Assembly: GCA_963760795.1 (NCBI GenBank)
Contig: CAVXEP010000014.1
Location: 19,500-83,499, forward strand
Direction of reading: 5' to 3'
From: an uncultured delta proteobacterium
Lineage (GTDB): Bacteria; Desulfobacterota; Binatia; UBA9968
Length of the DNA: 64,000 bases
Under the pieces are notes generated by a model. The model was not told where the DNA came from, searched no databases, and saw only the letters and a list, made by a program, of their open reading frames with translations. This document shows, piece by piece, positions 40,654 to 50,704 of the stretch; position 1 is the stretch's first letter, and each line of letters starts with the position of its first letter. Position numbers and translations under genes: made by a program.

Positions 40654-41811
40654 GCGCCCACCAACGACTTCGCGCCGCTCGCCGTCACCTGAAAACTGTC
40701 GCCGTAAAGCACCACGCCAACGTCGGACTCGATGGTCACACGCAGCGCCACCGTCATATTCTCATTGAGCGTCGTCGCACCCACGGTCGACGGCACCGAC
40801 TTCATGCGCGTCACTTTCATTCAAGAACGGCGCTTCCCATTGATTGAGACCGATGCCGTTGGCGAGACCATAGACGGCGGCTTTGGCGTAGAACTCGCCC
40901 AGCTCTTTGCGCGCGGTTTCGTCAATAGCAGTCACGGCGCCATTGGGCCGAAGCTGCTTGGCCATCGCCGCAACGATTTCTTGCGCTCGCTCATAGGCCG
41001 CCTGAATCTTGCCATCGCCGGTTAGAATAAACGTCCGCCCCGCCTCGGCCCAGTAGCGCTCATGCTGCACGGCGAGATAAAGCGCCCAATGAGAACCGAT
41101 GCTCGCCGCCTGTTTGAAGCTCGGCGGATTGAGCCGCCGGTCGCCGGCGAGGATGCGAATATCTTCAGCACCCTTGTCGCGCGCCAAGCGATCGATATCG
41201 GCGACGATTTCATACTCCTTGCGCCCAGATTTAATAAACCGTGCGGCGCCGGCGCAGACTTCGCTAAGCAGGCTGCCGGCTTCAGACATGGCGCCGAGCT
41301 CGCGCGCCGTCTTCGCCACACGCAACGGCGCGACGATGTCATCGCAATCTAGCCAACTCACGTTGGGCAGCGCGGTTTTCATATCCTCCAACTGCGGCAG
41401 CGGAAATCCATGACCGGAATCGGCCAAACCGACCTTAGATTTCTCGAAGCCTTTTTCTTTGATCATCTTCGCGCCATCGCTGCCGACCTGATTGGACGCG
41501 CGCACGTCTTCGACCCAAGTTAGCGTCTTGGCGAACGGCACATCGCGGCTGCCGATATTGAGCAACATGGAAATCGCGCCATCGCGCGGCACCACGGCGA
41601 TGCCGCCGCGCACTTTGGGAAAGTAGTTGGTCAGGTAGCAAAGATCGGCGAAGGAATAGTTATCGCCGTAAATCACCAAAGCGTCGAGATCGCGCCGCGC
41701 CATCTCCTTGCGCACGGCGTCAAGCCGCGCCTGAAACTCCGCCTGCGGCACCGCCGCCGGATCCCAAGTGGAACAACCACGCTTCAATACTGAATGTCGG
41801 CCAAAAATCAT
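40650..41811 (-). CDS. M24/creatinase-fold protein lacking metal ligands, frameshift near 40790
   Basis: Creatinase_N (EF.ARL..VR.EM....LDAL..YG, YLTN), pita-bread C-domain with NGIGL in place of HGIG; C-terminus NMTVALRV..GDSF.V ends at TAG 40650. Confidence 0.78.
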
Positions 41812-41843
41812 ATTGTCCTCATCGACTCCGACTCGATCGACGA

Positions 41844-41931
41844 CTTGAACGTCTTGAACGATTGGAACGAGAAGGGTCGCAAGCCGTTCAAATCGTGTCA
41901 CCTCGTTCAAACCTTTAAACCAGCTTGAACG
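41844..41931. repeat. Inverted 9-bp TTGAAC/GTTCAA arrays
   Basis: cttgaacgt cttgaacga ttggaacga ... cgttcaaat ... cgttcaaac. Confidence 0.65.
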
Positions 41932-41935
41932 GAAT

Positions 41936-43051
41936 TCATTCTTTAATATAAATATCCCAAGAAGATTTCATCAACGACTCCGCCTGGTTCTTACCCATCA
42001 CCACGGTATCGCCGAGCGTAAGATAACCGGTCTCCGGCACATATTGGTTGGGATGAATGATGAAAGTCATCCCTTCTTCCAGTTTGGTCTTGTTGTCATC
42101 TTCCAAACTGCCCGGCGCCGACGAACCGCAGCCGAGGCCATGGCCGCGCACGCGCATGAACGGCGGCCGGCAATACTCTGCGTAGCCATATTCAATGAAC
42201 GTCCCGTTGATCGCCTTGGCCACGGCGCTCGCCGGCGCGCCGGTCTGCGCGGCGGCCATGCCCAAGCCCATCGCTTTGTGCAGGATCGCGTACTTCTCGC
42301 GCACCACCGGCGGCGGCTCGCCCAACACCACGGTGCGGCAGATCTGCACGAACAGACCGCCGATGCACGGCGTGATCTCGCCGATGATGATATCGCCCGG
42401 CTGGACGACGCGATCGGTGGGTGGATGGAGCGCTTGATTGTGATGGTTCGCCACCACCATGCCGAAATTATCTTCGGCGCCGAGCGAACGCATCTTATAT
42501 TCGACGATGGCGGCGAGCTCATATTCTTTCAAGCCGGGCCGCGCGTCTTCGTGCAAGGCGCTGACGCCGGCATCGGCGATCGCCGCCGCGCGCCGCATGC
42601 GCTCCAGCTCGAACGGACCTTTGCAGCGCGCCATGGTCTCGATGATATCTTTGGCGTTCACCGGGGTCTGACCCAGCGCTTTGACGATCTCGTCATGCAG
42701 CCCGACATGCATCGCTTCCCGGCCGATAAGCCCAACCTTGCCCGCCAGCTTCGCCACGCGGTCGTGGAAATCCAGGAAAGGCCGAACATCGCCAACCCAC
42801 GATTCTTCTTGAGCGCGCGGGATGTCCCACGCCGGCGCCAGATAGAGCACCGGCGCATCGTCGAGCGGAACGACCAGCATGGTATCCGGACCGACGCTGA
42901 TGAAGTCGGTGAGATAGGCAACGTAGTTCATGCGCAAAAAATTATGCCGCCCGGCATCGTGCACCAGCAAAGTTTGCAACCCTTGCTCGCGCATGGCTTG
43001 ACGCACTTGGGTCAACCGACTTTCAAATACTTTTTGCTCATCCATACTCAC
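41936..43051 (-). CDS. M24/Xaa-Pro peptidase-fold protein with altered metal site
   Basis: K...E..RMRRAA.IAD, PG..EYELAA, GEITP..GG.FVQI.RT, GHGLG, IHPN, GDTVV. Confidence 0.83.
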   Translation of the reverse strand: MSMDEQKVFESRLTQVRQAMREQGLQTLLVHDAGRHNFLRMNYVAYLTDFISVGPDTMLVVPLDDAPVLYLAPAWDIPRAQEESWVGDVRPFLDFHDRVAKLAGKVGLIGREAMHVGLHDEIVKALGQTPVNAKDIIETMARCKGPFELERMRRAAAIADAGVSALHEDARPGLKEYELAAIVEYKMRSLGAEDNFGMVVANHHNQALHPPTDRVVQPGDIIIGEITPCIGGLFVQICRTVVLGEPPPVVREKYAILHKAMGLGMAAAQTGAPASAVAKAINGTFIEYGYAEYCRPPFMRVRGHGLGCGSSAPGSLEDDNKTKLEEGMTFIIHPNQYVPETGYLTLGDTVVMGKNQAESLMKSSWDIYIKE

Positions 43052-43180
43052 CTCGTAAATTTCGCCGCTATTCTCATTAAGTGCACGTATCTAATCAGCT
43101 TGAAGAAAGTAGCAAAGTTATCCCCGCTTCACCACCGCTTCGTGGAGGCTAGAGTGAGGGTGCCCGACTAGCGAATGTAG

Positions 43181-43282
43181 TCGTAGGGGCCGACCTGCGT
43201 GTCGGCCCTCCGAACGGGCGGACATTGGAGCGCGGACATTCTTGTCCGCGGTTAATCGCGGGTTGGAAAACCCGCGCTCCCT
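43181..43282. repeat. GTAG-type REP palindromes
   Basis: gtaggggccgacctgcgtgtcggccc ... ggagcgcggacattcttgtccgcg ... gcgggttggaaaacccgcgctcc. Confidence 0.65.
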
Positions 43283-43313
43283 TATCCGCTCTACCATTGC
43301 ATAGTTGCCTTAT

Positions 43314-44312
43314 TCATCGAATCAGCCTACTCGCCCGCGCCAGCACCTCCGGCGCAATCGTCACGCCGATCTGCTTCGCCGTCTTGAGATTGATCACGAA
43401 CTCGAACTTCGTCGGCTGCTCCACCGGCAGATCGGCGGGCTTGGCTCCCTTCAGGATTCTGTCCACGAAATATGCGACGCGCCGGTAGCTGTCCGCTGAG
43501 TCCGCCCCGTAGGACATGAGCCCACCGGCATCTACAGCTTCTCTGTCTGGCGTACATCGACGGTAACCGGCTCTTTAACGCAAAGCCGACGATCCGTTTT
43601 TGGTTAGCAATCATTAGCGGGCCGCCGGAGCACGTAGAGTCCATCCGGGCGCTGCTTGTTTAGCGCAGCGAATACCTTGTCGAAATCGTCCGCAGCTCGT
43701 ACCTCCCAAGGCTGAAGAGTCAACTTCAGCGCACGCGCCGCGACTGGGAGAACCTCTTTCACCTCGAGTACACTGGCCCGGAATGGCCGGATCGTAGAGA
43801 ACCGCGACACGGGCAAGTTTGGGAACGGCTTCTTTGAGCAGCTCCAGCCGCTTCCCGCCTAGTTCTCTGTTAAGGTTTGTAATGCCGGTGACGTTGCCGC
43901 CGGGACGGGCAAGGCTTTCAATTAGGCCTGCCTCGACAGGATCGGCCCCACCGCCCATCATAACGATGGGAATCGTCTTGGTCGCATTCTTGGCCGCCCG
44001 GATCCAGCGGGTCCCTCCTGCTACCACGATGATATCAACCTTGAGACGCACCAACTCGGCCGCAAGCTCAGGGACCCGATCGACGCTTCCCCTCCGCATA
44101 TCGGTACTCGATGGCGATGTTCTGTCCTTCTATGTAGCCACGCTCGCGCAGAGCCAGCCGAATTGCCTCGGCACGGGCGGACTCACTAGCTGGATCGCTC
44201 GCCGATAGATACCCTATCCGCGGGACTTTCTTCGGCTGCTGCGCCCGAGCTGAGACAAGGGAAGAGCCAAGAGCATCGAGCAAAAAGCTCGCCGAGTGAT
44301 TTTTTTGTGCAT
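43314..44312 (-). pseudogene. ABC_sub_bind-type substrate-binding protein with about 4 frameshifts (pseudogene or sequencing errors)
   Basis: Pieces AQQPKKVPRIGYL..GY.EGQNI.IEYR; ELVRLKVDIIV..DPVEAGL..SLARPGGNVTG..KRLELLKE; GGLMSYG..PADLPVEQPTKFE.VINLKTAKQIG lie in different frames. Confidence 0.7.
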
Positions 44313-44356
44313 CAGTTTCGCCGTTTCTTCTTCCTCGGCCTCGGATTGGTGAGGCT

Positions 44357-44417
44357 CGGCGACCGGCGGTCGCCCTTGCCCTCACCCCTGCCCTCTCCCA
44401 TCGGAATGGGCGAGGGA
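44357..44417. repeat. REP-like palindromes
   Basis: ggcgaccggcggtcgcc; ccctcacccctgccctctcccatcggaatgggcgaggg. Confidence 0.6.
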
Positions 44418-44480
44418 GTTAAGATCGCTTGGCTCTAAACGATTCAGCCATATTTTTCGTGGGGCAAGTGGTTCCATCTG

Positions 44481-46142
44481 CTACCGCTCGTGGATTACCG
44501 TCATGTAACCAAGTCGCTCATCCCGCTCAATCAAATCGCCCGCGCGCTCGGCCGGCGCGCCATAACCGCCGCCACCGGCGGTAAAGAAAGTCACGCTGCC
44601 GCCCGCTTTAAGAGGATGATTGGGTTTCTTCGTCAACCACACGCCGGGATCGTCGGGCGATTGTTTGACCAGCGCCTGGGCCTTGGCGCCGCATTCGCCG
44701 TCGAACAAACCCCAGGGCGCGGTGCGCTGGCGTTCGACGTTAATATTCGTGGAAGCGTCGCACAGCACGCGCACCGTCACTTCGATGCCGAGGCCGCCGC
44801 GAAATTTGCCACTGCCGCCGCTGCCCTCGCGCAGTTGCTGGCGCTCGATGACCACCGGATAATAAATCTCCTGCATCTCCACCGGCGCGTTCTGGACGTC
44901 GCCTTGGCACATCGACACGGTGGCGTTCTCGCCGTCTTCGTGGGGACGCCCGCCCCAGCCGCCGCCCATGATCGTCTGGCAGAGAAATCTTCTGCCGGTC
45001 TTGGGATTGACGCCGAAGAACGCATAACCGCCCATGTCGCCCTTATGACCCGCCGCGATTCGCTCCGGCATCGCCGGCGCCAGCGCGCGGAAGATCAGAT
45101 CGATCACCGTCGGCAAGGTCCGGCTCCAGTTGCCCACCGGCGAGGGCGGCGTGGCGCTCAAGATTTTGCCTGGGGGAATAATAACTTTCAGCGCGCGAAA
45201 GCAGCCTTCGTCAATCGGCGCATAAGGACTCACCAGCGACTTGAACGCCACCCGCGCCGCGGCCACCGCGCCGGACTCGCCGGAGTTGATCGAGCCCGCC
45301 ACCTGCTCGCTGATCTCGGAGAAATCGATGGTCATGTCGCTGCCGGCGACTTCGACTATGACTTTCAGCGGCACCGGTTTGTCGAGATTGACGCCGTCGC
45401 TATCGAACAACGCTTCGGCTGCGTATTTACCCGGCTTGATGCGCGCCACTTGTTCCCGCGCCAGAGCCTCGGACTGCCGCCAGATGGTTCGCACGCACTG
45501 CAAGAAAGCATTTAAACCGTAACGGCGCACCAGCGCGCCGAGACCGCGGTCGCCGACCCGGCAGGCGGCGATCTGCGCGCGCAAATCGCCGAGGGACGAT
45601 TCGGCGAAACGCACGTTATCGGTAATGATTTGAAAAATTTCTTGATTGGGCTGCTCGCCACGGTAGAGTTTCAAAGAACGGAACTGCAACCCTTCTTCAT
45701 AGACTTCCCGCGTGCCGCTGAAACCGAATCCCATGGGCCTGCCGCCGATATCGATCCAGTGCGCGCGCACGGCGAGAAACGCCACCAGTTCGCCTTCATG
45801 AAAGAACGGCGTGTAGACCACCACGTTGTTCAAATGCTGGCCGCAGACATAGGGATGATTCATGATCAGCACGTCGCCGGGTTTGAAGCCGTCCCGCCCA
45901 TGCATGCGCACGCCGTCGACGATGGCGGGACCGAGATCGGCGAGAAAGATCGGCAGCGCGCCGAAATTTTGCGACAAGATGTTACCGTCGGGATCGACGA
46001 TGCCGACGCAGTAGTCGCGCACCTCGTAGATCATCATGTTGTAGGAAGTCTTGCGCAGCACGGTGGCCATCTCGTTGGCGATATGGGCCAGGCCGTTGCG
46101 CACGACTTCGACGGTGATGGGATTGACAGGTGGGTGAGCCAT
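44481..46142 (-). CDS. hyuB: Hydantoinase B/oxoprolinase family protein (second paralog)
   Basis: NPITVEVV, TSYNMMIYEV.DYC, GQHLNN, RAHWIDIGG, HKGDMGGYA, MCQGDV.N, TAGGGGYG. Confidence 0.9.
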   Translation of the reverse strand: MAHPPVNPITVEVVRNGLAHIANEMATVLRKTSYNMMIYEVRDYCVGIVDPDGNILSQNFGALPIFLADLGPAIVDGVRMHGRDGFKPGDVLIMNHPYVCGQHLNNVVVYTPFFHEGELVAFLAVRAHWIDIGGRPMGFGFSGTREVYEEGLQFRSLKLYRGEQPNQEIFQIITDNVRFAESSLGDLRAQIAACRVGDRGLGALVRRYGLNAFLQCVRTIWRQSEALAREQVARIKPGKYAAEALFDSDGVNLDKPVPLKVIVEVAGSDMTIDFSEISEQVAGSINSGESGAVAAARVAFKSLVSPYAPIDEGCFRALKVIIPPGKILSATPPSPVGNWSRTLPTVIDLIFRALAPAMPERIAAGHKGDMGGYAFFGVNPKTGRRFLCQTIMGGGWGGRPHEDGENATVSMCQGDVQNAPVEMQEIYYPVVIERQQLREGSGGSGKFRGGLGIEVTVRVLCDASTNINVERQRTAPWGLFDGECGAKAQALVKQSPDDPGVWLTKKPNHPLKAGGSVTFFTAGGGGYGAPAERAGDLIERDERLGYMTVIHER

Positions 46143-46180
46143 CTATTTCGCAGTTCTTTCGGCGTTACTCTAAAGAGTTT

Positions 46181-46263
46181 TTCACCACGAAGGACACGAA
46201 GAGCACGAAGTTCGGAATATTATCTTTCCGAACCCTTCGTGTCCTTCGTGCCTTCGTGGTGAA
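46181..46263. repeat. Near-perfect hairpin of 9-bp CACGAAG repeats
   Basis: ttcaccacgaaggacacgaagagcacgaagttcgga-loop-tccgaacccttcgtgtccttcgtgccttcgtggtgaa. Confidence 0.85.
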
Positions 46264-46309
46264 AAAGAAATCTGCATGTCACGGGTAAGCCACACAAGAC
46301 CTTAAACCT

Positions 46310-47095
46310 CTATTTTTTCTCGTCCGCCACCACCGACCTCGACGCCGAATGCACCGGCACCGTCGCCTCGCGCAGCGAGTAGAGATACTTGATGACATCT
46401 TCGTTGGACATGTACTTGCTCATGTCGTAGCGCTCGCGGTGCACCATATCTTTCAGCGGCCGGCGCACGCCATCGCCGCGGGACGAGACATCGGGATAGC
46501 CGATCGGGATAATCAGGTAAAGCTTCAGCAAGTCGGGCACATTGAGAATCCGCTTGTGCGGCTCCTCTATATGAATGGACACCCACTCCGAAGTAAGACC
46601 GAGCGAAGCGATGGCGAGATGCAGCAGGAAGCAAGCGTTGGCCAGACCGTCGGTCAAGTGCGATTGATCGCGGCCAAAGGTATGCGCCCCCATCACCGTG
46701 CCCCACTGGCGCCGGCCGTCGCCCAGGACAACGATCACCGCCGGCGCCTCATGCCAATTGGCCTTGGCCTTGTTGAAGCGCAGCGATTCGTGCGGATCGT
46801 TTTTCACTTGATAGGACGGATGGCGCAGATTGTACTCGCGCTGCTGCTCCATCCAGAATATCAGATCCGTGTTGTACTCCGAGTAAGCGTCGCGCAACTC
46901 TTTTTTGGTCTTCGGATCGGTGACGACGATAAACTCCCAGGGCTGCGAGTTGGCGCCGGACATTGCCCAGCGCGCCACTTCGAGGATCTTTTCGATGGTG
47001 TCTTCGGGAATCGGATCGGGCTTGAACTTGCGCACGCTATGGCGCGTCTTCACCAGCTTGAGCAACATGTCATAGGTTTCGTTGGTACTCGACAT
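46310..47095 (-). CDS. Nitroreductase-family flavoprotein (paralog 2)
   Basis: R.SVRKFKPDPIP, RWAMSGANSQPWEF; GDGRRQWGTV.GAHTFGRDQSHLTDGLAN shared with the 35989 gene. Confidence 0.88.
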   Translation of the reverse strand: MSSTNETYDMLLKLVKTRHSVRKFKPDPIPEDTIEKILEVARWAMSGANSQPWEFIVVTDPKTKKELRDAYSEYNTDLIFWMEQQREYNLRHPSYQVKNDPHESLRFNKAKANWHEAPAVIVVLGDGRRQWGTVMGAHTFGRDQSHLTDGLANACFLLHLAIASLGLTSEWVSIHIEEPHKRILNVPDLLKLYLIIPIGYPDVSSRGDGVRRPLKDMVHRERYDMSKYMSNEDVIKYLYSLREATVPVHSASRSVVADEKK

Positions 47096-47189
47096 TCTAG
47101 TTCTCCATGATTCTGAGCCCGAACGATTCACGTTGTTGAGTCTTTGTTTTCGCCCTCGACAGACTGTGTCGCAATGGGCAAATCCCCAT

Positions 47190-47264
47190 GTCATCCGAGC
47201 GAGCGAGAGATCTCGTCATCTGCACTTACGAAGGCGAGATTCCTCGGCGTTGCCTCGGAATGAC
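47190..47264. repeat. GTCAT..GAG..GGAATGAC palindromic element
   Basis: gtcatccgagcgagcgagagatctcg...cgagattcctcggcgttgcctcggaatgac. Confidence 0.65.
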
Positions 47265-47319
47265 AGTTACAACAGAGTCTCTTCGGCAAAGGGCAAAGGT
47301 ACTCGACCGGCCGGGCGCC

Positions 47320-48286
47320 CTACCGCCCCTTCAGCACATCTTCCAACACCGACTCATCGATGAACTCGTTAGGATTGCGCTTCGACACCCCCGGCTTGGT
47401 CGCTTCCAGAGTCGCGAGAAACTCGACGATCCCATCGCGCTCGGTGCGCAGCGTGTCCGAGGTGCTCTTGGCAAAATAATCGTAAGTCTTCACCGCCTCG
47501 GTCTTCGAGCCGACATGAATATACTTTTCGATGACCCGGAGAGTCGCCTCGCGATTGGTTTTCATGATCCGCACCGCTTCGACGAAGGCGCGCAGATAGC
47601 GGCGCACCAGATCGCGCCGTTCCTTCAAGTCGCGCTTGCGCGTGACGATCGACAGCTCGGGATAGCGCATCCCCATGGCGCTCAAGTCGCCCAAGCGCGT
47701 GTAGCCCTGAGCCTCGGCGACGAACAGTCCCGGCGGCGATATGATCGTTGCCGAAATCACGCCGCGCTCCAACGCCGTCAAACGATTGCGTTCGCCGCCC
47801 AGCTGCAAAAACGTTACGTCCTTATCGGGATTGATACCATTTTTCTTGAAGGCAAAGCGCAGGCCGATGTCGTTGTTGCCGCCGAAGCTGGCGATGCCAA
47901 GTTTTTTGCCTCTCAGGTCTTGATAGGATTTGATGTCTTTGGCAGCGATCACGCCGGCCGACATGGAGTTCGATCCGGTGCCAATGATCGTCACATCCGC
48001 GCCGTTGAGATTAGCCTGTACCGACACGCCGCCGCTGACATGGGCGAAGTCCAGTCCTCCGGATAGCAATGCCTGCATGCTCTTCGACCCACCCGAGATC
48101 AACACCGCGTCGACGTCCAAGCCCGGCCTTCTTGAACTCCCCGCCGTCCAGCGCCACCCAAAATGGAATGTTGTAACCGGCAATACCGGGATAACTGACG
48201 GCAATGCGCTGCTGCGCCGAGAGATCGGCACCGCATACCAGCCCTAGGGTAATGACAAAAACAAAAGATATTAACGATTGCATCAT
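47320..48286 (-). CDS. ABC-type substrate-binding protein, SsuA/NMT1 family, frameshift near 48125
   Basis: Signal peptide and PFWVALD.G.FKK.GL (48011..48286) join GLDVD...GGS.SMQALLSG, DLRGKKLGI..FGG (47320..48231). Confidence 0.83.
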
Positions 48287-48381
48287 GGCTTGGTACCTAC
48301 TTGAGCGATCAACTTATTCATAGGGATGGATATAAGTCAAATTTTCCAGACTAGAGGAGCCGAGACAAGCACGACCTGCGC

Positions 48382-49428
48382 TTAGCGCGCGGCATTTAAC
48401 CTGGCACGGCCGATCAATTGACCGCCTTCGGTTACGGCATCGACGCGCACCACCGCACCGGGCTCGACCACGTCGAACAGATGGTTGGTCCAAAGCCGGA
48501 ATCCTTGTTCACGACCGCCGGTCACTTGAATGAACGGCGACGCCCAAACCAACTTGCCGTTTTTGTACCAGCGGTGCTGCACGGCTTCTTTCAGCCCCAG
48601 GGGCGCTTTGATCGGCGTGATGACATGCAACCGGCGCCCCTGGCCGGCCTCCGCTTCTGTCAGCTCCGGCTCGACAGACTTCGACTCGGCTAGATAATCG
48701 CTGCCGAACTGCCCGCCGACCAGACGCAACGGCGCCGGCGGAATAAATGGCCGTGCGAACTCAACCAACGCCACCAGCAAGACCAGTGAGCTCCCGGCGA
48801 AGACTCTCTGCCAGCGCTGCAATTGAGCGAACGGCCTGAGAATCGTCGCAAACCCGAGCGCCGCCAGCAGCGCGCTGACACGGGTCGCCCAATTGTTACC
48901 GATACTCCACAACACCGGCAGCATGACATTGAGCAGGGCAAATAAATTGAAAGCGAAAAATAGCGCCGTCAGGCCGCGCCGCACCGAAAGATGGCGGTCA
49001 TAGACGACGTCGAGCGTCGACAGCAGTGCCGAAATCGCCAGGAGCACGACAAAAAGTACATTTTCCGACGACAGGGTCGCGCTACCGAAGTAAATCGGCA
49101 AGATGAAGAACAGCACCTGCTGATAGAGATTCTTGTTGAAAAAGTTCACCAGCAGGCGCAGCCGCTCGGCCCAGCGCGCGGAGAGCCAAGGTCGATTGAG
49201 TAGCCGTGGCAAATAGAGACTGGAAAGCCAGATAAAGCCGACGTGAAAAACCGTCACGCGCAAAAAATTGTAGTTACGCGCCCCGAGCCACATGATGCCC
49301 ACGCCCAGGAGCAATGCGTAAGCACTATGAAACCACCAGAGCTTGTCTTTGTGACGCTGAAACCAACTGGCGGGCGGCGATTCAGCTTGCCCGAGCGGCA
49401 TTGATTCGATGCGTGCGGAATCCGCCAT
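48382..49428 (-). CDS. Membrane protein with C-terminal DUF2914-like domain
   Basis: Multiple TM segments, LFF.LP.Y..S, IPPAPLRL, I.AP.GL...V.H.W, GGR..GFRLWT, TEGGQLIGR. Confidence 0.75.
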   Translation of the reverse strand: MADSARIESMPLGQAESPPASWFQRHKDKLWWFHSAYALLLGVGIMWLGARNYNFLRVTVFHVGFIWLSSLYLPRLLNRPWLSARWAERLRLLVNFFNKNLYQQVLFFILPIYFGSATLSSENVLFVVLLAISALLSTLDVVYDRHLSVRRGLTALFFAFNLFALLNVMLPVLWSIGNNWATRVSALLAALGFATILRPFAQLQRWQRVFAGSSLVLLVALVEFARPFIPPAPLRLVGGQFGSDYLAESKSVEPELTEAEAGQGRRLHVITPIKAPLGLKEAVQHRWYKNGKLVWASPFIQVTGGREQGFRLWTNHLFDVVEPGAVVRVDAVTEGGQLIGRARLNAAR

Positions 49429-49435
49429 GTCGATG

Positions 49436-49508
49436 AGGGTAAGGGGTAAAGCGTGAGGCGTGAAGAAATCCGGAGTCGCCTTACCTCTTACCCTTCACCC
49501 CTTACGTC
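49436..49508. repeat. Inverted heptamer arrays
   Basis: agggtaa ggggtaa agcgtga ggcgtga ... cgcctta cctctta cccttca cccctta. Confidence 0.75.
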
Positions 49509-49517
49509 TTTTGCAAC

Positions 49518-50495
49518 CTACGGATACAGCTCTTTCAACAAGCCGCTCTTCTCCAGCGTATCGAGAAAGCGCATGTCGACGAATTGCTCAGGCTTGGCGT
49601 TTTTCGCGGCGGGCACGGTTTTGGCCAGATCGTCGAGGACGTTGACGACACCAGCCATGTTCACCGCCGGCGTCTTCTCCAAGACTTTGGTCATGTAGAA
49701 ATCGTAGGCTTTCTGCAGCACCACTTGATCGTTGATCTTGGTGTATTTGGCCAGCGACTTGTAGGTGAACTCTCGGTCGGTGCGCGCCTTATGCACGCCG
49801 CGCGTGTAGGCGCGCATGAAACGGTTGATCACGTCAGGCTTGCTGCGGATGATCGAGCCCACCGCCACCAGTGCCGGATTGGGAAAAGCGTAATCCATGT
49901 CGGTGATGCTGATCAATTCTTTGAAACCGGCCTTGTCGATGGCGAACTGCGTCGGCGGCGACACCACACCGCCCTCGATGGAACCGCCTTGCAGGCCAGC
50001 CGCCACCGTCGCCATGAAGCCGAGCTGGATCAACGTCAGATCCTTATCTGGGTTGATATTGAATTTTCTCAGCGCATAGCGCACCGAAATATCCGGCGCC
50101 GAACCGAAGCGCGTGATGCCGATCTTCTTGCCCTTGAGCGCGTCAACGGTTTTGATCTCCGGCCGGACGTAGAGCGAAAAAACCATCTTGTTGCCTGAGT
50201 TGCCGATGATTTTCAGATCGGCGCCGGAAAGCGCCGCGGCGATCGCCGAGCTACCGTTGAGCGAGCCAATGTCGATCTCACCGGCGACCGTCACTTGCGC
50301 CAGCTGCGTGCCGCTGGGGATCAGGATGATGTCGTCTTGCAATCCTTCCTTGGCAAAGAAGCCGGCATCATGGGCGACCCAGATCGGCGTGTAGGCGCCG
50401 CTGATCGAGCTGTAGCCGATGCGAATCCGGTCGGCCGCATGGACCCCGCTAAGGCACATCGTGGCGACGACAATTGCAAACATAATTCGCTTCAT
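49518..50495 (-). CDS. ABC-type substrate-binding protein, SsuA/NMT1 family
   Basis: RIGYS.ISG...PIWVA.DAGFF.KEGL, LKGKKIGITRFGS, FVD.RFL..LEKSG. Confidence 0.88.
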   Translation of the reverse strand: MKRIMFAIVVATMCLSGVHAADRIRIGYSSISGAYTPIWVAHDAGFFAKEGLQDDIILIPSGTQLAQVTVAGEIDIGSLNGSSAIAAALSGADLKIIGNSGNKMVFSLYVRPEIKTVDALKGKKIGITRFGSAPDISVRYALRKFNINPDKDLTLIQLGFMATVAAGLQGGSIEGGVVSPPTQFAIDKAGFKELISITDMDYAFPNPALVAVGSIIRSKPDVINRFMRAYTRGVHKARTDREFTYKSLAKYTKINDQVVLQKAYDFYMTKVLEKTPAVNMAGVVNVLDDLAKTVPAAKNAKPEQFVDMRFLDTLEKSGLLKELYP

Positions 50496-50704
50496 TTGCT
50501 ATCCTTTCAGGAAGTTTTCGCTTTGACTACTAGCGGTCATACTTCATTAATCGACACTTCTTCAACGGTCACGGCGCTAATTTACCAGCCGAGATTTACA
50601 TATAACGGCATTAACGAAACCAGTCAACGCGAAAAGAGAGCATACTCTAATCCCGGTCAATGATAAATCACATGGGAGATTCGCCGAAGATAGGGACAAC
50701 CGAA

